From Phoronis australis (taxonomy: Eukaryota > Animalia > Phoronida): a DNA stretch of 64,000 nucleotides. Made by a program: the position numbers and the translations under genes. Location of the stretch: assembly GCA_002633005.1 (NCBI GenBank), contig NMRA01000707.1:22478-86477 (forward strand), in the 5' to 3' direction. How positions within the stretch are numbered: position 1 is the stretch's first letter; every line of letters starts with the position of its first letter. Of this stretch, positions 1-14,342 are shown one piece after another. Under the pieces are notes generated by a model. The model made no database searches. It had not been told where the DNA came from and was given only the letters and a program-made list of their open reading frames with translations.

Positions 1-40
1 GACCTCGGGACAGCGCGCGTGGAAGGTTCCAGGAGTCAAG

Positions 41-139
41 GACCTGTATGAGAGACGACCTTGTGTTCACCTGTGTTGTGGTGGTAAAGGTACCAAGGGA
101 CGTTGATGACCTGTATGCGAGACATCCTGGTGTTCACCT
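41..139 (+). repeat. Two diverged copies of a 32-bp motif
   Basis: GACCTGTATGAGAGACGACCTTGTGTTCACCT and GACCTGTATGCGAGACATCCTGGTGTTCACCT. Confidence 0.7.
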
Positions 140-239
140 TCCTGTCGCGTGCTCGTTCCGTAGGAAAGGGGGGAATGTTGTAGATGTGCTTCCGGTGAAT
201 TATATGAGCCTCTGTTAGCTACTCGCTAACGGGCAATTG

Positions 240-312
240 CCTATTAGCTGAATGGTTAGCACGCTTGCCGGTTTTATGGGGGTCGCGGGTTCGATCCCCG
301 GGTGGGGTGATC
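240..312 (+). mobile_element. tRNA-derived SINE head or tRNA pseudogene
   Basis: Pol III A box TAGCTGAATGG (245-255) and B box GGTTCGATCC (288-297) within a T-arm stem; no convincing acceptor or anticodon stem. Confidence 0.6.
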
Positions 313-3300
313 TCGGCTATTACTACAAATGGCATTTTACCATCACAAAATAGGTATTTCTTCCAGGTCACTTTTGAGCAATTTCAGAACTTTGAAAGAT
401 CTGGCAATATGCAATTGCTAGAGACCAGACAAATAGTGTGCGATTTTATACACACAACATGGTCTCAAGGAACAGCAAACTGTCATTTCGCTACAATTCC
501 AGAAATCACTTCCCATCTGGATAAGGAGCAAACTGAGCAAAGTTTATAGAGGTAAATGGTCTAAATCAAAACTTATTACTTCCTGGACAGAATATGGGTT
601 TACAACCCAGGCAGAAAGATAAGTTAACAAAACCAGCCTAACTGCAACAGGGTCTCAAATTTCAGTAATATATACCCATTTACAAACAAAAAATTATAAT
701 GGTAAATAAAATGCGGAAACATAAATTCAGATCAATTACGCATCTTCAAGGAAAAGGAATAGTACAGAACTCAGAAATCATCTAAATGTGATGGCGACAC
801 TGAGAAATCCTGTCAGACCAAAAAATCCAGTGGCTAAACAAAATGAACAATGTACCATTACCATGTGGCCCAGGATCATAATAAGTGCCTGGACAAAAAT
901 TCAGTCTTAAACTAGGTAAATTTTAGATTTGTGCTGTTCACACAGGCAGTTCTGGTGCAAACAAAGCTTGCGACAACACACAAGCCTACTTCCCTACACA
1001 GCTGTGCCGATACAATAATGCCCCCACTGGATTTAGCAGATCATGAGCCAGAGTATTTACATGTCCAGCCACTGTACTGTTTCCTCCCTTTGAATTTTTA
1101 CAATGCTACATCCTTGACAATCGCAGATTGCCTCTTTCTATGCATACTCCACTTCCTCTGTCCCAGTTTCCCCACATTTGCTGAGAGTGACCTATTTCAA
1201 CAAATTACTCTGGACCTGTTGCGGTATAAGCCAGTAATCTCTGGCAAATACTTTTTCCCCAACCCGTTCCTCAAGCTACAATTCTCTTTGACATATCTTC
1301 TGGGAGTAGACATTTCGGCCTCTCCCTAGCCCCCTCACTTAGTTGTCCAGAAGGGTACCTTCTTGCTGGTTGTGAACTTTTCCATATCCAACCTTTACTA
1401 ATAATCGGCAAGTCTCCAACTTCAGCAGAAGCCACTTATTCAGTATAAGCCTTTCCTGATTTCTAAAATTGTATTAATGAAAAAGTAAACATATTAAAAT
1501 TAATGTGGCCATTTCGGCTCACAAAATATGAATACCAAGCTAAAGTGAAGGCACCAATATTTTTGACGGCTTTAGCATGTTTAATTAACTTCATAACCGC
1601 AGAAAATCATTGGTAGACAAAACATGCTCCCTAGCCTCTAAAAGTAGTTCATGGGCAGAAGTCATGTTCCACATTTGGTAGTTGTTATGAAAAGTTATGA
1701 TGACTACCTTATTTTCTATGCCAATGTATACATGTAGTTGCATAAACATCAACACATTTGAATAAGATATGATTAAGCAATAAGGCCCAAGTTATAAGCA
1801 ATCACGGTGTGTCAATAAAAGTATTTTTGGATGAATGACGTGCTTCTAAAAACATTCCTCAGGGTCAGACCCTGGAGTTTAGTGATTCCTACCTGAGCTC
1901 ACACGAAGCAGGACGTTGAACCTTGACTTTAAACGTCTTTGGTGATTTTTCAGACCTCTATCAGATTTCTCCTCTAGTGTGCAGTGGATGTTCTCAGTGT
2001 CTTTGGCGACGCCAATATATCTCGAGTGTTGTAACGATGATTCGGGCAAGTGAACCTAGTACAGTAGATTATGTAGCTCCTGCTGCACACAGTGCCTCCG
2101 AGTCCGAGGCAGACACTGAGACAGACTAGTCAGGAGGACACGTTCCACCTCCACATCAGCTCCACGTAAGGTGCTCAAATGTCTCGCTCTATACCTTGTG
2201 CATTTCCCTAGAGTTTCCAAAGTTGTTTCTCTCCGCAATTTGTAGAAATACCACATTCGATGCGACTGGCAGTGCCAGATAAATAGACAAATTCGCAAAC
2301 CAGCACTTTAGGTCAGCCATCATTCAACTAACGCATTGTAAGCTTTAGTTTGGTATTCAGACGAATTGGATGAACAAATTTAGTATAATTTCATTATTTT
2401 TTGGGAAATGCTAGTGTCCTGAAAATTAATTAAAAACATTTAAGCAAACCAATTGTTTTAATTGTTGTATTATACCACGGCATATTAATGCGTAGAAACG
2501 GCGCACAACTAGTGACTGGTTTAACATGACAAATACACATACGCGGTCTGAAAATAGTGAAATTCAGACACCTATTACCAAGCCTGCCTGAAGCGCTGAC
2601 AAAGTTGTTATTGTATTAATTTCGAGGGCATGGAGTCTTTTACATGTCCATGTTATTATTTTTAGTTTTCTCGCAGGGGCAGATTCGCTATAAGGGTACA
2701 GCTTACTGCTGGTTTTTCACAAGACGGAAATGTACCTCCACGGAAACAGTTCCAGTGTTACCATGGTAACGAATATTGCAGTGTCGGTGCCGTTTTTACT
2801 GACATTGGTCATGAGCCTATCATGTGATATCAAAATGGTTCAGAAACAATTCTGTTTGAAGCAGAAACTGGAGTAGAAAATTTGGTAAAAAATGACTCAT
2901 TCCACAGCAAGAAATTGCCTCATTTTGCCCACCCGAACACTTCCCTTAAATCTCCTAAACCACCAAACTTTGTGGTGTCATACTTCACCCATTTTCTCTC
3001 ATCCCTAATGTGATTTATCAGACTAAACATGGATCTGAATGCTTGACCCCCCACCTTGCCGCTTGTTGGCTGTACAGTGGTCGGTGGATCCGTGGACTGA
3101 TACTTAATTTCTCGGCCTTTTGTACTTCATCCGATTTGTATTTGTTGTCATTCTATACTTTTTGTCTCCATTTTTTTGATAAAGTGTATGCTTTGGACTT
3201 GTAGCAATGATTGTTTTTGTATGACAGATTAGCAAATGTGTGATAAAGTAAAGGCGAAACATAGTCAGTTTGTTAATATTATAGTTTTACCAACAATAAA

Positions 3301-4258
3301 AAGCATAAAACACTACGAATGGTACTTCCAAATATCGCCAACAGTTTGCACCCATAAAATCATATTTCTTTTATAATTCTACATTTTAATTGAAACATAT
3401 AACAAAGTATATGTTTATTATGACTTAATACAGCCTGTAGGAATATTATCTGCAGTATCATCTTTATGGGCAATTAATTTTCTTCTTTTTTAACTTTTTT
3501 GATTCCATGTAGAATTTGCTGAATTGGCACAATCTTAACATCAAAATGTGCAAGTTTAAACGCGGGAACTTTTTTATTCATGAAGTACAATGATTTGTGA
3601 CATGAAAAACACCTGAATTAAACTGTCCCCTTAAAGTGATCACAGAAGTGGTTTTCTAAGCCTCCTGTTGCCTGCGGTCCATGGCCTATCATGGAAATAA
3701 AATGTAAATTGCTCGGGTGCAAGTACACACGTAATGTACACGTGACATTACTCCAACAACACTGCAACCATAAATTATAGTAACACGGAAGCTACGACCA
3801 GCATTGAGCCAGTACCAGCCCAACTGCTAATGGTAATTAAATGTAAATTTGTTCTTTCAAGTACACGTACATGTATACCGTATACGAGACGTTGTCTTCC
3901 GCGTCATGTTTACTTGCGTGATATGCGGCTGAAGTAAGCATCGTGTGTGTTCAAGACGTCATCCGCAAACGGGCCGCATGTTCGTGGGTTAGCGACAGAA
4001 GCGTGGCATGGGGTAAGTAGACTGAATTTTCGCCAATTTTGTTTTACAGCATTTTTTAATTTGTCAATTATTTTAGTTATCTGTACAGTAATTACTTTTG
4101 AAATACTACCGTAATTGTGCTGACCTCAGTTGCGCATTGTTAATAACTGTTTGTCAGCACACATTTTTTACTCTACCTGATTTCAGAGAAATAATTTTAG
4201 ATTCTATTGTTTCTCGTCTTATTTGTTTTCCTCGAACCCTAATGACCTGCATTGGGCG

Positions 4259-5440
4259 GGCGTCATCAGTCTAACTCAGGAAGCAGTTTGTAGACCGCAC
4301 TGTAATAAGCAAATAAGCAATTGCTGTTATTTCGTTGGCTGTAGCCTTTGTACATGTATATGCAAGTGTTCAGGATTTCTTGTGTACAATTCTTGAGATG
4401 AGTTGTTTATCCAAAATTGTGTGAGTTTTGATCAGGAAATACTCTCCATTTTTTATTTTATTTCGTTCTTGGTGGTTTTGAACACTGGTTTTACTGTTAA
4501 TTTTTTCGATGTGTTTATCAACTGGCCAGGCCCATTGTATGGCTTGGTTCTTGATGGTTTTAATTTTTTTCTGTATAGTGTGTTTCTATTTTGTGATTGA
4601 TCTCGTTAGTTAGGGTATCCAAATGAGCCCACACCATGAAGATATGGACAAGATGTTTTCTGAAGCCGGATCGTCTCTGACAAGATATATAAAAGAATCT
4701 TGTGCTGAGGGAAGACCCACTTTAAGGACAACATAGCCAGTATTGTCAGATAATATGGTTCGTTGTCAAGAACACCCTTCGTCTGAATGTTCCTGTGATG
4801 TATGTTTCTGCCACCTGTCTGTTCTGAGGGTAGATAAGAAAACATATATCTAAGTTAACTTGTATCAAATTAATCCCTAACGACATTGAATTTGCGTTGA
4901 TGTCCACAACTTAAAATTGGATTATTTCGATAAAAAATGAAGAAACTACAATTAAAATTCAGACCCAGGCATGCTTTAGTTGACTGAAAATTTCCTTGCT
5001 CCCAGTACGATTTCCTAGGTATGTGTGGTAGTTTTTGCCTTGAACCTGTTTAAAGTCGAATTAAATGCGATAGTCCTTTGTATTTTCATCCCAAAGAGCT
5101 AAGTTGTTATAGTTGTTTGGCAATGGCGTCATCACTTCAACTCAGGAAGTAGTTTCTAGACCGCACTGTAATAAGCAATTGTTGGTTTTTCGTTGGTCGT
5201 GGCATTTATACGTGTCAGTGTGCAGGATTTATTGTGTATAATTCTTGAGATGGGTTTTTTATCCAAAATTGTTTTAGTTTTGATCAGGAGAGGCTCTCCT
5301 GGATTTTTACTTGATTTTATTTCGTTTCTTGGTGGTTTTGGACACTGGTGTTACTGCTGTTTTTTTCAATGTGTTTATCAACTGGACAGCCCCCATGAAT
5401 AACTTGGTTCCTTCTGGTTTTAACTTTTTCTGAGTACAGG
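4259..5440 (+). repeat. Diverged direct duplication of about 315 bp (4259-4575 and 5125-5440)
   Basis: Both copies begin GGCGTCATCA..AACTCAGGAAG.AGTTT.TAGACCGCACTGTAATAAGCAA and share AATTCTTGAGATG, TTTTGATCAGGA and ATGTGTTTATCAACTGG. Confidence 0.9.
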
Positions 5441-8400
5441 TGTGGGGACCTGCAGTGCGTGTTTGGTTTGATTATGAGGAGTACGGCGTCAACCTGGGCA
5501 ATTTGATGCAGGAATGCAACACCAGTCGATCTCAATTGTCTTTAAAACGTAGACATATACATGCAATTAGAATCAGTTTTGCCCACTTGGTTTATGGGTT
5601 GTGGTAAGCGCTGAAAGCTTCTCTCATTAGTCTGAACACCATGACTGCCCAGTGCGACTCGGTGTAGCCGTGGTGCTATGAAAATTTGTTTATGATTTTT
5701 ACAAGGTCATATCTATTGCATACAAAGCGGCTGAAAATGGAAAGTATGTCAGCGAAATATTTAAGCTTTTGTTCTTATTATTGATACCCATCACAACAAA
5801 CGGAGGCATTAATGAATGTTTTTAAAAATCGAAGTAATGCGAGCATTTCACACATTTTTCACTCACTGGTAAATTCTTGTGACTAACTTTCAGCAGCTAA
5901 AAGACCCTAACTGAACTGATTTTAATGATATTGACCATAAAATTGTTTGCTAAAATATGTTTTCAACCTTCAGTTGAGTGTACACCTTTTATCGTAACGA
6001 TAAAAGTGCAAAAAGTGTATTTTTAATTTACTGCCTTATTACTTTCTCGCCTGGGAAAAATCCTGAAAGTGTACACTCAACGTCGTACTCACCAATCGTG
6101 TCCTTATCCATTCATCATTATTTTTTTTCACTTTATCTCTCCAATTCCATTTAGGAACACTTCCAAATTGGTAAACTCAGTCATTTTTCAAGAACCATGT
6201 TGCCATCTCCGTTGTTCACACTGGACTTGAGCTTTATTGGTCAAGTGTATTAAACAAACCCAGTCAAAACTTGTCTAAAATAGAAGAAGTGGCCCAATTT
6301 CGGTGAAATATTTTCATTAAAATAGTACAGAATATTTTTAAAATTCAAGTTAACTTCGGTTTTAGTGATAGATTCCGAAAGTATGACTTGAGATTCTGTT
6401 GAAGTGCTTCTGGTTAAATTTGTACTTTTCTTTGCTCTGATAGACAGATGTGCCTAACCTGGCCTCATCTACAGTATGTATCTACCTGCTAATAGTAACA
6501 GGGTTTTTTGTTCTGTGACAAAATTGACTTATCTTCATGCAGTTTACTACATGTCAGTTGACACCTTTCGATGCCTACTTTCTAAAAATGTTTGTACTGC
6601 TATTTAAATTTTCGTTTTTCATCACGTAAGAGATTTACACTAATGTATTGCTGAACCAGGATTTACATGACAACGACATGACTTCGCTTAATATTGATTT
6701 TGTGGCTAAGTTTTTGCCATAAGTAAATATATGTCATAATGAATATTAATTATTGCTCATGATGATGCTGTTACTTCAAGCACCTGTAAACTATGGCGTG
6801 CAGTAGCAACGGTCCTCTTGGAAAGCAGTGCACACCTTTGATGAAATTACCCTTTTACATGTTGGATTGTTCTAAATGTGGAACTTTTATACGTGCAATA
6901 CTCTGATGCCCAAGGTATAGAATTTCCTTTATGAATTCTCAAGTAAGACAGGTTAAGAGAAAATTCTACCATAGCGCGACTGGTTGGGAAACTCTGTTTT
7001 GGAAAAATAGTATGCGAAGGTGTTTTTGTATTCCTTTCTCAAAAAGGTGTACAACACTTTTTGTAAACAAATGTTGTTAGGTTTTTTTCATGTTTGTCAT
7101 TGTAAAGATCAATTCCACTCTTATATCTGTGCTACCAATTTTTACTTAACGATTGTAAAGCATGCAGGAACACAAATGTGCGGTGGAACACCCATGAAGT
7201 CCCTTACCACAATCTGTTCCACCCTATTGTAACTGGCATGCAGCACTGTTCATGTACTCGTTTGACAACATCATAGATCTTGAGTTTCGAATCTGCACCC
7301 AGTAATTGGACAGGTTGCCACCATCTTGTCTCCCTATAAACAACTGTAAAGGTAAAATAGACATAGACAAATATACAGAGCAGAGTTCGTTGTATTGTGG
7401 GGTTTTTAGTAGAACCAAAGTACATGTAATTGTCATTGGAGGGCGCCTGTTCACGCAAACATAATGGCAAACAAGACTAAACTTGGGCTTGAGGTGGTGC
7501 AACTTATATCCAATTTGTTTGAAAAATGAATTGTGTCTCGTTGATAGACCAAGGATCACGAGAATTCAACTAGGAGCCCCCAATACACAGGAAATGTAAA
7601 AATACCCTAAAACGGGCACATATATAGCCGGATTGATCAGAAACTCTTTGAAATCATTCGATACATCACAGGAAAATACGTAACATCGGGTTTAGAAGAA
7701 ATCACAGAGAACGACAAATTGAGATGATGTTAAGAAGCACCGAAACAAGTGTTTGTATATAAAAGTAAAATGTGAACATGAAGAAGACTTAAAAGGGGTT
7801 AATTCTATGAAATTCCAAGATTTGCAGAAGCCATATTCATGACGTAGGGATATGTACTACGTGTTTGGAATGGTAATGAGGACTATGGCGTCCTCATGAG
7901 CACAATCGGCAAAACATTCCCAGATAAGGCGTACTTTATGACATCGTTTACCTAGTTACACATGAATTTTTGCAGTGAAACTGTTGGCATGCACTCAGTG
8001 GAAGAGCAATCGTTGAATGTGACCTTAAATGCGATTATAGGATCCCTATACTGACTATGCTCAAGAGAATTCACTGAATGGTTACACAACGATAAACTTC
8101 GGGAGTCATTTTTTTCATTTGTTCTTGTTTAGCGATTTTTTGTGCTTAAGTTGATGTTTGTAATTTGTATTTTAAGTTATGTAGCGTTTTATGACACCCA
8201 CTCGACAAATATCTGTGCGGACTTGTCAAACTCGAGTTCCTCGTGACTCTCCGAACTCTTCATGAGCAACTGCACAGTTTCTCATTGAGACAGTGGTGTT
8301 TTCAACTTATTGTTGTCGTGTACTTATACATCAATACTTAATGAAAGTAACTCACTCCAATACATACACACCAGTATTTTGGTAAGAAATCTCAAATGAC

Positions 8401-9308
8401 TCCGCAATCGGATTCCTGGCCAAAAACTTGCTGTAATACTTACTGCGCAGACTATATCTCCCAGAAATAACCTTGATTTGTTGGCTTCATCAACGTAAGC
8501 CATGTCAAATGCCCAGCTTTAAACATCAACGATTACCCGACTGTTGCAACGAGTTCGAACTGGAAGAAATATCTAAAATTCACATACAACAGACCTTAAG
8601 ATTTGTTGCAAGAATGACTCATTACGCCGATTTCCACATTTGACATGTGAGACCGCACCATCTTCTTGAATTTCTCCAGTTTCAGTTCATGTGCCCTCGT
8701 AGTCGGTGGGACAAACTCTTTCAATTCCATTTATTAAATGCCACATAATTTGTGTATACATTCTTTCAACTCCAAGTGCAGATGGGGTGGGCATTTGCCC
8801 TAATAAACTGCAGTTACGGTAACAATTTTTTCAGTTCTTGTACTTCCTTTGTTGTCTGCCTCTCAAATTTGGTTCATCTTCATAGCTGAACAGGGCAAGT
8901 CTCCACTAGTTTTAGTTTTTCCGACATTTATCTTCTTGCCACCAAAGCCCAACTGACATGCACTGGAAAAGTTTGTACCTGATCGACCAAAATTTTATCA
9001 TTACAATGTCGTTCGAGTACGTCTCATTGTTACGGTGTTGTATAGGGTAACATTTCTGGCACACCTAAAAACAGTAAGAACACTGTATTGTCTATGGGAG
9101 CGTGTCATCTCTTATCATCCTATTAATCTTGACCCGGTAGTCTGAACTCCCTGTTTTTAAGTTCGCAAAACATTGATCCGACACGTGGTGACATCACCCC
9201 TTTCGATGCACAATTTCCAAATATCAGTGCTGACTTCTCCAATTCAACTGCAGGTTACCTATCCACTAATTAATATTTAAACTGATTCTATTGTGGCAAG
9301 CGAATATT

Positions 9309-9315
9309 CATATAT

Positions 9316-9358
<43 letters not shown>

Positions 9359-9370
9359 ATATGATATATA
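9309..9370. repeat. Compound (TA)n(TG)n microsatellite
   Basis: Directly visible. Confidence 0.95.
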
Positions 9371-9615
9371 AGTTTATTTGTTTCAAAAGCCATGTGTCCT
9401 TGGGGAGCAGTTCATTTCCACACAATCACGTTGTAAATAAAACTCTTAGTTCGGTATTGCTTTAGAGATATTCTATATATTTGTGATATTTACTACCTGT
9501 CATTTTTATTTAGAGCATGCTCAGACATTGAAAGAGAAAAAATGGGCACTAGGTCTTAATGAGCATGTCTATCTTCATAAATATAGATTGTTATCCCCCG
9601 TTATCTAGAGCCCGA

Positions 9616-9681
9616 GTGGATTTTGGAGAATTAACACCCGAGGGGCGTTAGTCCCGAGGGTGATAATTCTCCAAAATCCAC
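9616..9681. repeat. 24-bp inverted repeat (hairpin)
   Basis: GTGGATTTTGGAGAATTAACACCC / GGGTGATAATTCTCCAAAATCCAC, 1 mismatch, 18-nt spacer. Confidence 0.9.
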
Positions 9682-10609
9682 GAGCGAAAGGCTCAACGCG
9701 GTCTAATGGGAGTATAGTCTATGGTTTAAGTCACCTAATGAGAGCAACACAACCAACTACCGTGGTAATAATCTTAATGTGCTGCAAACAGTTCGGCGAG
9801 ACCTCGAGATCCACCCTACCAAAAATATTGAATTTGTGATATCATTTATAAAAGCCAGAAACGTTAGGTTTCATTGGTCAAATAAAGTAAATGACCAAGT
9901 CTATTCATATTTTAGTACTCAGATGTATGTAGTGGCAACTGAAATGGTGGCATTTCTTTAGACGCACTGTGTTTTTAATATCATAGATACCTCAATGTTC
10001 TTTTCAAAATTATAACACTTATAGGAATCCCATGGTACAAACTGAGGAACATCACGATGATTGCATATTGAAAGCCACTGTTGAAAGAAGCAATTGTTGC
10101 ATCATCTTATATTCTGGAAACAGAAAGTACTGTTAAAAGGAAAGAGTCAGTGGTGAACCCCAGACTCCTTTTAAGTAATCGTCTTGAAAGACGACAGAAA
10201 TACCAAGAAAAAATACCAACAGTAAATTAATGAGACCAAAATTATTTCTTCTGACTTTTATCATTTTTCGTTTTTTTTTGTAAACAAGGCGAAAAAGTGG
10301 AAATTATCAATAAATCAGGCAAAAGTAACTACTTGCCTGAGCTCATTTAGTATTGTAATGATACTAAATGATCTCATACAAGTAAAACTCTGAACAAGTG
10401 AACCGAAACAATTCAATAGATCGTTCGTGACAACTTTCAAAAAAAATTGCGCATCCCAACTTTGAGCATCCCTCGCAAGAGGATACTAAGCCTGTTTTTT
10501 ACCTTTGAAATTGAGAAATCATTCACTAGTAATTGGTTCCCCAAATCTTGTGTACACTTGACGTAATCTCCTTGGCTTTAGCCTCATTCGAAATTTTGAA
10601 TGGACTTGT

Positions 10610-10691
10610 CAGTGTTGTAAAAGCGCCCTGTGGTTGGCTGCAATGTTGTAAAAGCGACCTGTGAATGACTGCAGTGTTGTAAAAGCGACCT
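10610..10691 (+). repeat. 31-bp minisatellite, about 2.6 copies
   Basis: CAGTGTTGTAAAAGCG(A/C)CCTGTG..TG.CTG units. Confidence 0.9.
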
Positions 10692-11204
10692 CCGGTTTAT
10701 TAAAAAATAGATCACAAGCTCATTCCAGGCGTCCGTTGGCGGCTTTTACTCCTTGAAAAAAAAAACTTGTCTGTGTTAAGTCTAAAAAATATTTGACACG
10801 ACAAACGTTGCCCTGAAATTTGGCAATGTTAGTTATGAAGTAGGAGAAACTCATGCAATATTAAAGTAATAGAATTAAACCTTAAATTCAAGTTGCATGT
10901 TTGAAACAGCCCAACTCACTTCAGTTTTATCCCCCGGGTCATTTGTAATTCCGTCGGACAGACTCACACCACGTTGTGAGAGTTAACATTTTTTTGAGAG
11001 ACTGGATCACGTTTGCGGTTCAGAATCCCGGTTTGGGGTTTGAGTTGACTCAGCAATTACTACAGTACGGTTTGAATAGGGACTCGGACACTTGGATATT
11101 ACCATATAATAGTTTTTTTTTCACTCTTTCCAAACTCTCGCAATCTAACGTTCACCGCAGCGAAATTCACTGCAATTGAAACAGCAGGACCACCTATTGT
11201 GATG

Positions 11205-11420
11205 TTGAACTTTTCAGTTGTGCTGTGAACTTTTTGTTGTGTTTTTCGAGTTTCAGAATTGTGTTGCGAGTTTTAGAATTGTGTTATGAAATTTAAAATG
11301 GTGTTATGAGTTTCAGGAATGTGTTGTGCTGTGATTTTTAGAATTGTGTTGTGTGTTTCAGAATTGTGTTGTGTTGCGAGTTTAGATTCATTCGTTGTGA
11401 GATTTTATAACTTTGTTGTT
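11205..11420 (+). repeat. Minisatellite with units of about 21 bp
   Basis: Repeated GAGTTT(C/T)AGAATTGTGTTG-like units. Confidence 0.85.
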
Positions 11421-12948
11421 TTTCCAAGGGTCTTGCGAGCTTTCTCTCCCTGGTGTACCGTGGCTCCTAAACGGCACACTAATCCTCGTTCCAGCCTGCA
11501 ACGCGCAGTTGGCTTCATGCAAGCCGACAACAATCAAGCTAGCCCCTGAGTCTGTGTTGACTTCATTTCCTGATAGGTGTCGCGTCACTACTGCGCTTTT
11601 ACTATGACATACTAAGGGTCCAACAGAGTACGGGCATTGGGTTTATTAATTTCTTGTCGTCTCCGCAGATTTGAAAGTAAAAGATAATTTTTGTTATGAT
11701 GTCTTTAAGTGAACTAGGGTCGTTCTGTGCCTTGTTGGGAGGGATAGTCTCCATTGCTAAGCTCCATGACATCTTTGAACCAAGTGCAGCCTGGATCTAG
11801 TCGTTGAGCAGGCCGGGCCTAGTCTAGGTCCGAAGACCAACATAACTTACTCACCCGTAGACCCTGCATCTTTCGAGTGAGTTTTCAATTGAGTCGGAAT
11901 TTTGTCTAGCCAGTGACCTACCTGAGTGTTAGCTTTTTCTCAATTATATAATGGGGCGTTGTCTAGTCCAAGTTATTGTCTCACGGCGAAAAACTACTTC
12001 GTTTCCAAAGTAAAAGCCACAGTTTTACAGTGGAAAAATGTTTATTGCAAACTGTTGTACAGGAACATGTACTGCCTCAGCCAGTAAGACCCACGGAGCG
12101 TCTGCCACAGAAGGACTTGCAAGAAAAAGCTACAACCACCCTGCCTTCCATCCGTGCAGTGATCGTTAGAAATTCTGACCGTATTAATTAGAGTTTATAT
12201 TGATTTGTTGAATTCGTTAACGTTGGCTTATTAAGTTTTTACCATCTGTTACATACCATGACGAACTTAACAGCCCAGCTAGCCTACCTGAAACCTTTAC
12301 CCGCCGTTCGCTGAGTACAGGCTTGACCTATGCTTTGAATTCGCCATTATTCGTTGTCAGTCCCATCCCACCACACTCTCGTGAGATTATTAGTGAACAT
12401 TTTGAACTTATAAGGATTTTGCAATTCTCTAGAGTGACGGTGCTTTAAAACCTCGCATGAGGCGGATTCAATGGGGCTGTGGCTGAAACAGGCATCTTGG
12501 GCCAAAAGCAACTTCCATGAGGTCTTTTGATCACACAGTCGTCTGGCACACGTAACTTCGTTTTGTGATCGCTCTGACTAGGTGCATACCTCCTGATCTT
12601 ACAGACTATTTTTATTTGAACTTTAAGCCTCATCGGCCCCTGGTTCTGTCATCAATGATCTGGGAAGGCGAAATCTCATCATACGGCTTTTCTAAAACCA
12701 TAATCCGGTTTTGTATGGGCACCTTTCTCATTTGGTAATCGAACGCATTAGCGCTGTGGGCAAACCACACATCTAACCTCCAACATCTGTGTCACCCGGT
12801 AAATATATTGATTCCCACCAGGACTGTCTGATATCGATTGCGCGTGTATGCGCATGTTCTATAAGGACACTACCGTCTGAGAACAGATTATGAATCATTT
12901 TTTGTCGAGCTATTATCACAGTGGTATGACTAGTTATAAGCTATAGAC

Positions 12949-12985
12949 ATGTCGCAAGGGGAGATATCGAGTTGCGTTGCGCAAG
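12949..12985 (+). CDS. Candidate first coding exon (isoform A) of CaaX-box membrane protein
   Basis: GAC-ATG; MSQGEISSCVAQ then G|gtaagt, a perfect phase-1 donor matching the exon at 14343. Confidence 0.55.
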
Positions 12986-14029
12986 GTAAGTTCTCCACTT
13001 ACACAACCATCATCATTGCTTTTAACCACACAATGGGTCAAACAGATGCGACACAATGCATGAAGTGCAACCGCTTCTAGTCTTATACCAAATGAGTGTG
13101 AAACAGACTGCACTGTTCGTTGATTTCATTCTCTCCTTTGTCTGTAACTACGAGAGTATCCGCGTTCAATTACGAGGCCCTGAAGTTTTGGGTTACGCAC
13201 CAATAGAGGGCAACGGTGTCTATTTGATCGATGCTTTGCCGATTAATTTTTGCGAAATGAAGGAGCCAGGCACGATCGCCTTGTCTCTGACGTGTTGTGC
13301 AACTCTTTTGAATGAAACCAGTTCGTCAATCTCTGTATTGTCGTAATACAAGGCAGTTGAATGTTATCATTCTGCACAAGTAGTGCGAAATTTTCACTCG
13401 CCTCTCTCAAGTGCTCGTAGCGTGTTACGCAATCAAACTGGGCGAACATTGACCACAGATCGACTAATTCAGTTACTATTCATTCTATTTGCAGTGTTAC
13501 CAGTCGGTTTAAAAGTACCAACATTTTCTTCTCCATTTGTCTGTTACCTTTAGGTTTGCACGCAAACGTAAAATTTTATCACACTGATTTTCTGCACGGG
13601 AAAAGTTCAAAATTAACTTAAAGTTGTTGTAATTTTAACCATTTTTGATCGGTTTTGAATGATTTGGAATTGAAACTAGAGAACATTCGATTCTCCAACA
13701 AACGCGTCTATTTTTAATAGACAAAACAAACTTTGACAAAATACTTTTTATGGACATTAGATCTAATACTTCACGATTATTGCACACTACTGGGGCATGC
13801 GGCAACCATGTAGATAGGGATTTTTTCTTGTTCCCAGACCAAACAAAAACTCTATTAATATAAATTTTAACCGTCTTATGTGACAAACTCAGGTTCTTCA
13901 GCTTTTTCTGCCATTGCTAGCAATGATGGAGTCTGTCTAGAAAACTACAAAGCACTTGTTGTCGCCCCCCTCTCTTTATCATTAGCTTAGTTCGCTTTAA
14001 CAACAACGTGAGCGCTGTCGTCAGTATGC

Positions 14030-14245
14030 TCAATGTCGCCATCGTCGTCATGACCCTGGCTATCGTTGCCAGACCAACGTGACAGTCATCGCTGTACCTT
14101 CGTCATGCTGCATTTGCTATTATCGTTGTAATTACAATTTTTACCATCGTCGTCATAATTGTTATCGTCTCGTGACCATCACGATGATCATGACCAAATT
14201 ACATTGTCATCGTCATCGTCTCTGTCACCGTCATCGTCATTACCC
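14030..14245. repeat. Degenerate (CAT/CGT)n trinucleotide repeat
   Basis: CATCGTCATCGTC-like runs upstream of the 14343 exon. Confidence 0.75.
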
Positions 14246-14342
14246 TTCATTCCTATTAATAATATTTACCATGACTATAGCCAGTTTTATATCTTACGTT
14301 TGTTATATATCTCACTACTTTGACATGACTTGTTTTTTGCAG

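Noticed and set aside
240-312. Functional tRNA gene
   Set aside because: A and B boxes are present but no proper acceptor or anticodon stems could be folded; treated as a SINE head or pseudogene.
8340-9070. Coding-like - strand block after a good acceptor
   Set aside because: Multiple stops and no recognisable family.
10610-11420. Short regular repeats resembling a CRISPR array
   Set aside because: Units are contiguous with no unique spacers, there are no cas genes, and the context is eukaryotic; these are minisatellites.
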